NCBI RefSeq assembly: GCF_009914755.1
Contig: NC_060935.1
Length of the DNA stretch: 64,000 nt
Source: the human T2T-CHM13v2.0 reference genome, Homo sapiens
Direction: 5' to 3' (one strand)
Below the pieces are notes generated by a model, which was not told where the DNA came from, did no database searches, and saw nothing but the letters and a program-made list of their open reading frames with translations. Below, in pieces: positions 41,651-54,956 of this stretch; position 1 is the stretch's first letter, and each line of letters begins with the position of its first letter. The position numbers and the translations under genes were made by a program.

Positions 41651-42480
41651 ATATTAAGGATGATTTCCCAGAAGAAGCCTAAGGGGGTTGAGGGAACAGG
41701 ACAGGGAAGGGGAGGAAAGCAAGGGGGCGAGGTTAGGCCCTGCAGAGGGCTGCTCTTGCTGATCCCACAGGGAAACCTGTAAGTTTCTGTTAACTTGAGA
41801 GGAGAGAACTGAGCTTTCATCCTCCACACCCTCAGACATTGGCTAAGGGCCACCCTGAGGGTGGGGGAGGGATGGAATCTTCCGGGCACCTCTGGCTGCC
41901 TGCACACGGGAGCAGGGGGCTCCGGCAGCTCAAAGGTCATCCTCCCATGAGAATGGCTTGGGCAGGCCTCTAAGGAAGAAACACACAGAAAAGGGGGCCG
42001 TGGGGAGGGTCCCCGACAGCACTGCTGGAGTATGGGCAGCCCCCAGCCTAGCATACAGCGAGTGTTCAGTACATGGTCCTGGGTCAGTCACTGGACAATT
42101 CATGCAAATGAGAATCACAGAAAGGTTAGGACATGAACCTGCAGAGGCACAGCATATCCATATAGGGACTGGAGTTAGTAAGTCCCTTCTCAGACAGGCT
42201 TAGATCTCCTAATGTCATACATAGTTCTTTGGAATTTCAAGCTGAGATCTTCTTCGTATTTCCTGAGAATCCTTCTCCTGCCTTCCCTGAGAGTTTGGAC
42301 TGCTCCCAGGGAAGGAGGAAGGCTTGGGTGAGGCATTACTGGACCAGACCTGATTTTGCTGAGACAGCGATCTGCAACCCAGCTTGGATCAAGCCCCTCC
42401 CCAACTTGTCTCTTCTCACAAACACATTGTATTTTACTGTGGGGGGCGGGGGGATAGGGGGCGGTGGTAGCAAAATGTTA

Positions 42481-44815
42481 CAGGCATACCTGGTTTTATT
42501 GCACTTCAGTTTATTGTGTTTTTGTTTATTTTTGCAAATGGAAGCTTTGTGGCAACTGTGCATAGAGCAAATCTATCAGCACCATTTTTCCAACAGCATG
42601 TGCTCACTTCCTATCTCTGTTGCATTTTGGTAATGTTCAAACTTTTCATTATTAATATGTCTGTTGTTGTGATCTGTGATCACTGATCTTTGATGTTACT
42701 GTTGTAATTGTTTGGGGACATCACAAGCTGCACCCTTATATGATGGTGGATTTAATTAATAAATGCTATATGTGTTCTGACTGCTGAACCCACCGGCCAT
42801 TCCCCTGTCTCTCTCCCTCTCCTTGGGCCTTCCTATTTCCAACTACATAACAATATTGAAATGAGGCCAATGAATAACCCTACAAGGGCCTCTAAGTGCT
42901 CAAGTGAAAGGAGGAGTCGCATATCTCTCATTTTAAATCAAAAGCTAGAAATGATTAAACTTCATAAGGAAGGCATGCTGAAAAATGAGACAGGCCGAAA
43001 GCTAGGCTTCTTGCACTAGTTAACTAAGTTGTGAATGCCAAGTTCTTGAAGGAAATTAAAAGTGCTACTCCAGTGAACACACAGATGCTGATATGGAGAA
43101 AGTTTTAGTTGTCTGGATAGAAGATTAAACCAGCCACAAAATTCTCGTAAGCCAAAGCCTAATCCAGAGAAAGGTCCTAACTCTCTTCAATTCTGTGAAG
43201 GCTGAGAGAGGTGAGGAAGCTGCAGAAGAAAATTGGGAGCTAGCCAAGGCTGGTTCATGAGGTTTAAGGAAAGAAGCTGTTTCCATAACATAAAAGCCCA
43301 CGGTGAGGCAGGAAGTGCTGATGGAGAAGCTGCAGCAAGTTATCTAGAAGATCTAGCTAAGATCATGGATGCAGGTGGCGGCGATACAAAACAACAGATT
43401 TTCAATGTAGATGAAACAGCCTTCTACTGGAAGAAGATACCATCTAGGACTTTCATAGCTAGAGAGAAGTCAATGTCTGGCTTCAAGGCTTCAAAGGACA
43501 GGCTGACACTCTTGTTAGGGGCTAATGCAATTGGTAACATTAAGCTGATGCCAGTGCTCATTTACCATTTTGAAAATTCTAAGACCCTTAAGAATGAGGC
43601 TAAATCCACTCTGCTTGTGCTCTGTAAATGGAAGAACAAAGCCTGGATGACAGCACGTCTGTTTACAGCATGGTTTACTGAATATTTTAAGCCCATTATT
43701 GAGACCCACTGCTCAGAAAAAAAGATTCCTTTTCAAAATATGACTACTCATTGACAGTGCACGTGGTCATCCAAGAGCTCTGATGGAGATGTACAGGGAG
43801 ATTCATGTTGTTTTCCTGCCTGCTAAGACACATCTATTCTGCAGCCCATGGATCAAGAAGTCATTTCAACTTTCAAGTCTTCTTATTTAAGAAATAGATT
43901 TTGTAAGGCTATAGCAGCCATAGATAGTGATTCCTCTGATGGATCTGGGCAAAGTATATTGAAAACTTACTGGAAAGGATTCACCATTCCAGATGCCATT
44001 AAAAACATTCATGATTCTTGAGAGGAAGTCAAAACAGCAACATGAACAGGAGTTTAGAAGAAGTTGATTCTCAACCCTTATGAGTGACTTCGGGGAGTTC
44101 ACTTCAGTGGAGGAAGTAACTGCAGATGTGGTAGAAATGGCAAGGGACCTAGAATTAGAAATGGAGGCTGAGGCTGTGACTGAATTGCCGCAATCTCATG
44201 ATAAAGCCTTAGTGGATGAGGAGTTACTTCCTATGGATAAGCAAAGAGATGGAAACTACTCCTGGTAAAGTTGCTTTAAACATTGTTAAAATAACAACAG
44301 AGGATTTAGAATATTACATGAACTTAGTTGCTAAAGCAGTGGCAGGGTTTCAAAGGATGGACTCCAATTTTGAAAGGAGTTTTACTGTGGGTGAAATCCT
44401 ATCAAACAGCATGATATGCTACAGAGAAATCTTTTGTGAAAACCAGAGTTGATCGGTGTGGCAAACTTCACCATCTTATTTTCAGAAATTGCCACAGCCA
44501 TTATGACCTTCAGCAACCACTGCCCTGATCAGTCAGCAGCCATCAACATGGAGGCAAGACCATCCACCAGCAAAAACATTACTACTTGCTGAAGGCTCAG
44601 ACGATATTTAGCATTTTTTAGCAATGAAGTGTTTTTAAGTTAAGGTATTTACATTTTTTTTAAACAATGCTATTGCACACTTAATAACAGTATGGTGTAC
44701 ACATAACTTTTACTTTCAGTGGGAAACCACAAAATTTGTGTGACTCATTTTATTGTGATATTTGCTTTATTGGGATGAGCTAGAACTGAACCTGAATATC
44801 ACTGAGATATGCTTG
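42481..44815 (+). mobile_element. Tigger1 DNA transposon (TcMar-Tigger), near full length
   Basis: starts caggcatacct, ends gagatatgcttg (imperfect TIRs); TA on both sides (42479-80, 44816-17); 2335 bp; internal transposase homology. Confidence 0.96.
42885..44611 (+). pseudogene. disrupted Tigger1 pogo-family transposase (HTH + DDE_1; TIGD1-like)
   Basis: ATG changed to AGG at 42885, then ASKCSSERRSRISLILNQKLEMIKL and a stop at 43017-19; ORF 43233-43754 keeps [12 protein letters not shown] and [13 protein letters not shown]; frameshift before the second catalytic Asp; LQPMDQ codons near 43840. Confidence 0.92.
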
Positions 44816-44843
44816 TATCCACCCAAATATTGATGAGATTTGG

Positions 44844-45697
44844 GTGGTGGGGTACAAGAATAATGCCCCCACATCCCTTACAAAGATGTCCATGTCCCAA
44901 TCGCTGGAACCTGTAAATACATTTTCTTACATGGCATATTAGTCTATTCTCAAGCTGCTAATAAAGATATGCCCGAGACTGGGTAATTTATAGAGGAAAG
45001 AAGTTTAATTGACTCACAGTTCCACATGGCTGGGGAGGCCTCACAATCATGGCAGAAGGCAAAGGGAAAGCAAGGCATGTCTTACATGGCAGCAGGCAAG
45101 GGAGCTTGTGTAAAGGAACTCCCCTTTATAAATCAGATCTCATGAGACTTAATCACTATAATGAGAACAGCACGGGAAAGACCCACCCCCATGATTCAAT
45201 TATCTCCCACCCGGTTCCTCCCATGACACATGGGAATTATGGGAGCTAAAATTCAAGATGAGATTTGGGTGGGGACACAGCCAAACCATATCACATGGCT
45301 AAAGGAACTTTGTAGATGTGATTGAGTTAATGTTTTTGAGGTGGGGAGGTTGTCCTGGAATGTCAAGGTGCAGCCAATCAAATCACACGGGTCCTTACAA
45401 GCGGCAAAGGGAAGTTTGACTTCAGAAGAGGAGTGTGGGAGTGACGCCACCTGTGAAAGACTGGACTGGCCGCTGCTGGCTCTGAAGAAGGAAAGACCCA
45501 TGAGTCAAGGAAGATGGCAACCTCTAGAATCTAGAAAAGGCAAGGAAAAGTTTCTCCCCTGGAGCCTCCAAAAGGAACGTGACTCTGCAGACACTGTGTA
45601 CCATTTAAAAGGACTTCTAGAATAATTAACAAGATAATACATTTGTGTTGTTTTTAGCCACTAACTTTGTGGTCATTCATTGCAGCAGCCAAAGGAG
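44844..45697 (+). mobile_element. MLT1D-like solo LTR split by THE1
   Basis: agaataatgccc...aaagatgtccatgtcc...ggaacctgt...ttacatgg | ctaaaggaactttgtagatgtgatt...tctcccctggagcctcca...ttgtgttgtttttagccactaa. Confidence 0.88.
44935..45293 (-). mobile_element. THE1 (THE1C-like) solo LTR
   Basis: gctgctaataaaga...gactcacagttccacatggctggggaggcctcacaatcatgg...ggggacacagccaaaccatatca; 5-bp TSD CATGG (44930-34 / 45294-98). Confidence 0.95.
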
Positions 45698-45711
45698 ACC
45701 CTTTTAGGTGG

Positions 45712-45992
45712 TGTGATCATTTAATTTTATGTGTCAACTTGACTACCTAGAGTACCCAGCTATTTAATCAAATCCTCATCTAGGTATTGCTAGAGAGGTC
45801 TTTTGTCAATGTGGCTAACATCTACAGTCAGTTGACTTTAGGTATGTAGGAGGGCCTTATCCAATCCGTTGGAAGGCAGGAAGAGCAAAAATGGGGGTTT
45901 CCCACAAAACAAGGAATTCTGTCTCAAGCCTATAGCATCAGCTCCTGCCTGAGTTTCCAACCCGACTGTTTACCCTACAGTTTTCAGACTGT
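45712..45992 (+). mobile_element. MLT2 (MLT2D-like) ERVL LTR, partial
   Basis: tgtgat...taattttatgtgtcaacttgact...cagttgacttta...ctcctgcctgagtttcca. Confidence 0.82.
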
Positions 45993-47179
45993 ACATCTCT
46001 CTGAACATTTTGGTGGACATGCAAATACGTTTCTGTTCATTTCACCTTGATGCAGTGGAAGGGGTCAGGGGCTTGGACTCTGGGCCCCCCGGCTCCCCAG
46101 TCTGTCCTCTGTCTGCTCAGGCTGTCTCCCTTGCCTCCTGCAAAAAGAGAAACCATTTCTCAGACACTCCTGGGATTAGGCCAAATAAATGAGCATGTGT
46201 CTGTCTGTTTTTCCCTAATGAGCTTCTCCCTCGGGCTCTTTTCCCTTTTCCTTGGATCTCTGCATTCATCACTTTCCTTCCCACAAGGAAAGAAAGTATA
46301 TCCTCCTGTCTTCCTCTGTCCCACCTGCAACAGCTTCTCGGGATGCAAACTCCTCTGCCATTCTTTCCCTCTTATCTAGCCCACCTCTGTCTCTCCTGCC
46401 CTCCCCCTGTCTGCCCCAGGGGTTCCTCTACCAACTGCTCCAACACCACCACCACCTGCCTTCTCTCTGCCCCTCTAATCTTGGCTAATTGCTTCCTGGA
46501 GTTAAGACAGGCACCATCACTGAACTGAGCATGCAAGGGGGGAGGGAGGTAAGTGTTGTGGGGCAGAAGCTCAGGGCCCATTTAGGGACCAGGGGGCAAC
46601 CAGAGGACAGAGAAGGCCAGTGGCTGTAGGCCTAGGGAGGCAGAGGTGAGCGTGACTTGTTGATTCCCCGGTGCTCCCCAGGATGGCTCTCCTGGGGCCC
46701 AGTCCTCCCAAGCACATGGCTTGTTCTGCAGAAATAATCCTAGATGCCACACCCAGGGTGGGTGGCTGTCCTCAGTCCCTCACAGGATTGTGATGGGACC
46801 CATGGCCAAGGACCTCCCCAGAACTCATGGCTACGTCAGGAGTGAGCATCATCCTAAGTCAACCTGGGCTTTGCTCTGCGCAAAACCAATGTGCTGCCTC
46901 GGCCAAGTCCTCCACGGAGAGAAAACTCCTGAGGCCAGGGAACCTTGAGCAACGTTGTTTGAGGGCTCAGTTTGTGAATCTATGAAAAGGGGCTGATCAT
47001 GCATGACCAACTGCTGAGCACTTAAGGAGACTGTTTGGCGAGGGCATGGCACAGTGCCTGGCCTGTTTTCACCAGCCAGGGAGTGGGGGAGGCAGCCTTG
47101 AGGGTCTTTGCCCATTTCCGCTGGCCTCTCTCCCTCATTGGGGAGAGTTGATATAATAACTAGATGTCATAAGACATCA

Positions 47180-47400
47180 AAAGAGGAAGCAACATTTTCA
47201 CAGCACTTTGTAAAGGATAAAGCTGTTTTGGCAGGTGATCTTGCTTAATACTCCTAATAGCCCTAAGGTGAGGTAATTATTCTTCTCATTTTGGAAATGA
47301 GAAAACTGAAGTTCAAAGCAGTGAAGTAGCATCAGTGTCTGAGGGTGCCCAGCTCACAGCTGGGATGGAGCAGGATTCCAGCCCCAGGCTGCCTCCCAGA
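47180..47400 (-). mobile_element. MIR
   Basis: ctcattttggaaatgagaaaactgaagttc. Confidence 0.7.
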
Positions 47401-47659
47401 GAGGTGAGGCACAGATTCCCATGGGCAAAGCAAGCCCCAGACTCTGTTTCTGTTTCAACAGAAACGCAGCGGCATGCTGCTTGATGGTGCGCAAAACACA
47501 CCACGTTCATTATCCTGCTTGATCATGACACAGCTTGCATTTCAGGCAGGAAACCTTAACCTCACTTTGCAGACAGAAAAGCACCATCTAGAGAGATTGA
47601 ATCACATCCCTGTTTTCCATAGCCAGCAGGTGGCACGGGGCCATCATCCTCCAAGCTCA

Positions 47660-47815
47660 GGGCTCCTGGTTACTGCTATATGACCATGGGTACAACTGTA
47701 CTATTCTTAGCCTCAGTTTCCTCCTTGTCTCCAAGGGCGCAGTGAGAATTAAATGACACAAGGATGCAAAGAGCCTGGTATCATCACAGTACCTGCTGGG
47801 ACCTCAATACTTGAG
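47660..47815 (+). mobile_element. MIR
   Basis: tgaccatggg...gcctcagtttcctc...gtgagaattaaatga. Confidence 0.72.
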
Positions 47816-47899
47816 CATTTTCATCCCTTGGGGAACTCTTGCATCAGCACCCCCCAGGGCAGCAGGAGCCCTGGAGTATTGCCTGGCAGGATTAAAGAT

Positions 47900-48750
<851 letters not shown>

Positions 48751-49564
48751 TGAGCCGTCTGTAAGCTCATCAACAGTTATGATTGGAAGGATCTCTAAAT
48801 CTGATCTAGCCCACCTTTTCATTGTGCAGCGGGGAAACTGAGCCCCAGAGGTGGGAAACAGGTTGTTAGCGTCACATAACACATCAGGGCAAAAGCAGCC
48901 CTTGAACCCAGATCCTCAGACTCCAGCTCTAGTGGTCCTTCCTTTGAGAGGCTGGCAGAAGCCCCAAGGTGGGCACAGCCTCAGTCTCCTTCAAGGATGA
49001 GGAACCATGCCAGCAAGCAGGCCTCCTCAGGTCCAACCGTGGCTGCCCCTTGCCCATGACTTTTGCTTCATGGCCACTGTTAGGTCCCTTCATGCCAAAG
49101 AAACACACATGGACCAAGTGGGATTTTTAAGCCACACGCTCACTGTAGTAACTGCAATTCTGCCTGAACGTGTTTGACCCCATGTAAAGATACATCTGCT
49201 AGCAATTCTGGGAATGCATTTAACATTTTTGCTCTGTGATGCACAGAGCATTTTCTATGCATGACCGTGTATTTCTCTTTTGGAGCAGAGTCCAGGCAGC
49301 ATGACCCACTTTGTGCAGATGGGATGATGAGGCCAAGAATGGCTGATTGACTTCCATGAAGTCAGGGAGGGATAATAAGCGAGAGAGGGCCTCCTAGGCA
49401 AGCCAGGGGCAGTGAAAGGGAAGAGAAAGAAGAAACTGAGCATGAAGTCCTTGAATTCCAGCATTAGAACCTGAGAGTCATTCTCCAGGCTCTGAGAATT
49501 ATAAAATGATAGAGCTGGTAGGCCTTAGCAATGGCATGATTCAATCCATCATCCTAAAATTCCA

Positions 49565-51620
49565 TTTAGGAATCACATATAAACAGTAAAATGTATAAAT
49601 CTTCAGTGTGCAGCTCAAGAATTTTTATGCACCAAGTTACCATCATCCAGATTAAAGTATAGAATGTTCCCATCCCTCCAGCCCAGAAGGCTCTCCTATG
49701 CCCCATCCCAATCAGTGCTTCCCTTTTCCCTCCCCCTTCCCCCACCCTTCTCCCAACCAGGTGACTACCATTCTGGCTTCTATCACCTTCAAGCAATTGT
49801 GCCTATTCTTGAACTTTATATAAATGGAATCATACAGTGTGCATTCCTCTGACTCTGCCTTCTTTAGCTCAACATGATTTTATGATCCTTCCATATATAT
49901 CTAATATAGCATATAGCAGTAGTTTGTTCTTCTGTATTTCTATGTAATATTCCATTGTAGGAATATATGGGGGGACCTGCCCCAATAATCACATAGGTTC
50001 TTTCCTATTTTCCTAAGCATCGGCTGGCTTGAGAAATAAAGGGACAGAGTACAAAAGAGGGAAATTTTAAAGCTGGGCATCCGGGGGAGACATCACATGT
50101 TGGTGGGATCCGTGATGCCCCACAAGCCACAAAAACCAGCAAGTTTTTATTAGGGAGTTTCAAAAGGGAAGGGAGTATACAAATAGGTGTGGGTCACAGA
50201 CATCAAGTACTTAACAGGGTAATAGAATATCACAAGGCAAGTGGAGGCAGGGCGAGATCACAAGACCACAGGAACGAGGCGAAATTAAAATTGCTAATGA
50301 AGTTTCGGGCACCATTGTCATTGATACCATCTTATCAGAAGACAGGGTTTTGAGATCAACCGGTCTGACCAAAATTTATTAGGCAGGAATTCCCTCTTCC
50401 TAATAAGCCTGGGAGCTCTATGGGAGACTGGAGTTTATTTCGCCTCTGCAATCTCCACCATAAGAGACAGGTACACGCCGGGGGGGCCAGTTCAGAGACC
50501 TACCCCTAGGTGCGCATTCTCTTTCTCAGGGACGTTCCCCATGCTGAGAAAAAGAATTCAGCGATATTTCTCCCATTTGCTTTTGAAAGAAGAGAAATAT
50601 GGCTCTGTTCTGCCCAGCTCACCAGCAGTCAGAGTTTAAGGTTATCTCTCTTATTCCCTGAACAATTGCTGTTATCCTGTTCTTTTTTCAGGGTGCCCAC
50701 GTTTCATATTGCTCAAACACACATGCTGTAGAATTTATGTAGTTAACGCAATTATTACAGGGTCCTGAGACGTTATACATCCTTCTCAGCTGACAGGATT
50801 AAGAGATTAAAGCAAAGACAGGCATAGGAAATCACAAGGGTATTGATTGGGGAAGTGATAAGTGTCCATGAAATCTTTACAATTAATGTTTAGAGATTGC
50901 AGTAAAGACAGGCATAAGAAATTACAAAAGTATTAATTTGGGGAACTAATAAATGTCCATAAAATCTTCATAATCCACATTCTTCTGTCATGGCTTCAGC
51001 CGGTCCCTCTGTTTGGGGTCCCTGACTTCCCGCAACAGGAATATATGACAACTTATCATTTTTTCTGTGGATGGACATTGGATCGTTTCCTTTTTTTTTT
51101 GGTGCTTATGATTAAAGATGCAACTAATAATCTAGTCCATGTCTTTTAGTGGGTCTAGGCAGGCATTTCTCTTGGGTGTATAACTGGGAGTTGAAATGCT
51201 GTGTCTTGTGTTTAGCTTTAATAGATGCTGTCAAATAGAGTGGGCATGTCATAGGACAGTCCTGCTAGCAGTGTGGAACAGTTCTAGTTGCCCTACCTCC
51301 TCATCCACACTTGGCATCATCTGCCCAGTTTTAGCTAACTGGTGGGTCTGTAGTGATACCTCATTGTGCCTTTTAATTTGCATTTCCCTGGTAGTAAGAT
51401 GCTGAGCACCTTTCTATATGCTTATCAGCTATTTGGATTGCTTCTTTTGGAAAGTGCCTAAGTCTTTGGCACAATTTTAAACTGGGTTGTTTTCTCTTTT
51501 TTTCTTATGGATTTGTAGGAGTTCTTTATATATTTCGGATATAAGTCTTTTCTTGTAGATAAGTGTTGCAAATACTTTTCCCAGTCTGTGTTTTGCTTTC
51601 TTACTTTCTTATGGTGCCCA
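49565..51620 (-). mobile_element. L1M (MD/ME-type) 3' region split by MER11
   Basis: ttgaactttatataaatggaatcatacag...tattccattgt | ...ttttaatttgcatttccctg...gagcacctttc...gttgcaaatacttttcccagtctgtg. Confidence 0.85.
49966..51037 (-). mobile_element. MER11 (MER11C-like) ERVK/HML-8 solo LTR
   Basis: minus strand begins tgttgcgggaagtcagggacccc; 1072 bp; 6-bp TSD GGAATA (49960-65 / 51038-43); internal ~90-bp tandem duplication near 50800-50975. Confidence 0.95.
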
Positions 51621-52079
51621 GGAATCATTTGAGAAGAAAGAAAATGAATGTTTATTGAGAACTTCATTTGCACCAGGCCTGGTCCATCTACCTCACCTTG
51701 CCTGGTGCTCATCACCACTCATTGAGGCAGGAGTCATCATCACCATTGCAGATTCAAAGGAGGCTCCAAAGGGGTATCAAAAGGATTGGAATGTGGTGTT
51801 TGGAATTATCCTCAATGCTAATACTTTAGATGTATGTAATTCTTTTAGTTTATGAAGTGCTTCCCTGATGACTGTCTTATTCCATCATTAGTTTAAGCCA
51901 GTGAGGTAGGCAGGCAACAGTTATTAGAGAGGTAATGTCCCATAGACTTTTACTGAAGACTCACCCAGAGCAGGGGGACACAGTGGAATTTAGTCCTGCA
52001 TTTGGGCATTCAAAGTCGAATGAGTAAGACATACAAGTCAACATTCAATATGGGGTGAAATCATAGAGGCTTATTCATG

Positions 52080-52220
52080 ATTTGCCCCTCTGAGCCTCAG
52101 TGTCCTCATCTGTAAGATGGATTTAATGAGACCTACAACTTATAGAGCTGTTGCATCGATGAAAGGTGATACTGCGTGCAAAGTGCTTAGCACAGTACCT
52201 GGCACATGAGTACCTCACTG
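52080..52220 (+). mobile_element. MIR
   Basis: ctctgagcctcagtgtcctcatctgtaagatgg...aaagtgcttagcacagtacctggcaca. Confidence 0.88.
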
Positions 52221-52839
52221 AGTTTTGACATGGTGTGTATATACCAGGCTTGTTGATGAGGGCCCTGCAGGGAATACACCAGAAGCACTCCCTGCCCTCA
52301 CGGAGCTTGTAGAGATGAAGAAAACACAATGGGAGCACAGCACAATAGTGGCCACTTTGCCGTGGGATAGATGGGAGCCTTCACATAGGAGGCAACATGT
52401 GAACTGGGTCTTGAAGGATGAATAGGAGTTCATCAGGTGGGCAAAGAGAGGAATGACATTCCAGACCAAGAGAACTGCATGGACAGAAGCCTGAAGCTGG
52501 GACTTATCCAAGGCTACCTGGCCTAGAAATGGGTGAGCCTGTTGCCTGATCCCAGATCCCAGACCTGTGTTCTGTCTGCCCTCTGTGCTGTCTCCTTGAC
52601 ACTCTCCAGGGCACACAGTTGACATGGAAGTGGGTGGGTAGGCACCACCTGTGCTATTTCCACCTGGTAGGGTGAGCCATCGCCAATGCCAGACCTACGG
52701 CATTTCCCAAGGCAGCAGGGAAAAATGGACTTCCAGTGGAGAGCAAAGCATCAGCTTGGGGACCTTATGACTCTCCCAGACTCCTGCTTCCCCTCCTGGG
52801 CCACTGTTATTGCATCTGTAAGATGGGGAGAATAAAAAT

Positions 52840-53080
52840 GACAATAATGGCCATGCTGATGGAACCTTTCTTTACTGTGTGCCAGGCACTGTGCCGAGTA
52901 CTTTGCAGGTGGCATCTCTTTTCTTCTATGCAACAGCCCTATGAGCGGTGGGTCTCATTATTCCCATCTTATAGGTGAGGACATTGAGGCTCAGAGGGGT
53001 AAAATGACTTGTCCAGCATTTCACAGAGCCAGGAAGTGGCAGAATCCGAACCAGACCAGCTTTGTGTGACTCTAGCATTC
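52840..53080 (-). mobile_element. MIR
   Basis: tgtgccaggcactgtgc...caacagccctatgag...gaggctcagagggg. Confidence 0.85.
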
Positions 53081-53400
53081 CGGCTTGTAGCCAAGAGATC
53101 TTCCTGCTCACACTCCATTCCCACCGCCTCAACATACACCTCTGATGTTTAATGAATATCTGTTTAATGAACGTGGCTGTACCTTCTTGCGGAGTGTTGG
53201 GCGCAGGCCTGTGCAGTGATGGGGGAGGGCGCTTGGCAGGGGCCTGCCTCCCCTGAGGCCAGAGCTTCTGATTCCCCTGACCTGTGAAACCTGGTCATGG
53301 GGACACCTCAGGGATCAGAACACTCGACAAACGTCAAGTCTAAGGAGGCCCGAATATTTAACAGAAACAGTCTGCTCTGGGCTGGGCTCTTCCAAGAGGC

Positions 53401-53404
<4 letters not shown>

Positions 53405-53436
<32 letters not shown>
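53405..53436. repeat. (TG)16 microsatellite
   Basis: read directly. Confidence 0.95.
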
Positions 53437-53438
<2 letters not shown>

Positions 53439-54179
53439 TATGTGTCTATGTCCGTGTGCACCTGTGCTGGGGCCAACCCTAGCTGAGAGGAAGTGGAGTT
53501 GCATTTATTATAACATAAACTGTGAACTAAGATAGGTTTCCTGCCCAGGGGAAATACAGCCTCTCCAGGTAGGAAGGTGCCCCTTTGTCAGGGAAGTTCT
53601 TCTCCACCTTCTACTTTGCAGCCATTTGAGGAATCCTGCTGAACACAGGACTTGTGCCTGGGAGTGGCAGGTCCCTGCTCTTCAGGAATGAACCCAGCCT
53701 ATTAAAAACCATCATCTATTGAATGCCTACTATATGCCATGCACAGAGCGGAGAACTCCAGGGGCATTCATAGTGTTTAACTCTCGGAAGGGCCCTGTGC
53801 CTGTGGTATTCCCTCAGGCTGGTGGGAAGATTCGCGAAGCACTAACTTCAGCAGGAAGCAGAGGAGCCGCTTGCTGTGGGAGAGGGAGAGACGCAGGGCT
53901 GTGTGGCTCCAAGCCAAAGAGAACTTCCAGGAAATCCAGGAAGGCTTCAGGGATGGAGTGGCTTTTAGCCAAGGCTCTAGAAGGATGGGAAGGATTTTGA
54001 CAACAGAAATGGGAAGGAAGGGCTTTCCTGGTGGGGGCAGCAAGCAGAGGCAAAGGCCTGGAGGTGGACAAGCACAGGACAGTGGCCAAGGGTACAGGCC
54101 CTGGGCTCAGAAAGCCACAAGTGTGAACCTGGCTCCCTCACTTATGAGCTCATTGACCTCCTGTGAGTTACATCACCTC

Positions 54180-54517
54180 TTCTTTAAGAAAATTGAGGCA
54201 AAATTTACATAACATAAAATTAGCCATCTTAAAGTGTGCAATTCACTTTGCATAATGTTTGGGAGGTTCATCCACATTGTAGCACTTATCAGAACTTCAT
54301 TACTTTTCATGGCTGAATACTATTCCATTTCATGGATATACCACATTCATCTGCTTATCCATTCATCTGTTGATGGGCCTTTTGGATACTATAAATAATG
54401 CTGCTATAAACATTTGTGTACCAGTATTTGTTTGATTCCCTGACTTCAGTCCTCTTGAGTGTAGACTTGGGAATGGTTGCTGGGTTGTATGGTACCTCCA
54501 GGTTGAACTTTTTGAGA
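54180..54517 (-). mobile_element. L1MB-type 3' fragment inside a MIR
   Basis: aaaatttacataacataaaattagccatcttaaagtgtgcaattca...ggctgaatactattcc...aacttttttgagaac. Confidence 0.8.
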
Positions 54518-54635
54518 ACAGAGTATCACTTTGAACTTCTACACCTGCAGAATGGAGATAATAACAATAGCTGTCTCATAATGAAGGGAGGATGGGAAGG
54601 GGTTTGAAGATTAAATGAAGTGCCCAGGATAGTGA

Positions 54636-54956
<321 letters not shown>

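Noticed and set aside
42095-42112. ATGCAAAT octamer preceded by ACAAT, as a SOX2-OCT4 composite
   Set aside because: The SOX half is in the wrong orientation for the canonical CATTGTNATGCAAAT element; isolated octamers (also 15667, 46019) are expected by chance.
43233-43754. 173-aa ORF as a TIGD1-like host gene
   Set aside because: It lies inside a Tigger1 copy with TIRs, starts at a non-ATG codon and is bounded by stops and frameshifts; recorded as a pseudogene.
47480-47815. Adjacent oppositely oriented MIRs as a dsRNA hairpin (also near 52.8-53.1 kb)
   Set aside because: The copies look too diverged for extended pairing; no stem visible by eye.
50800-50975. About 90-bp tandem repeat
   Set aside because: As I recall it is part of the MER11 consensus, not locus-specific and not a CRISPR-like array.
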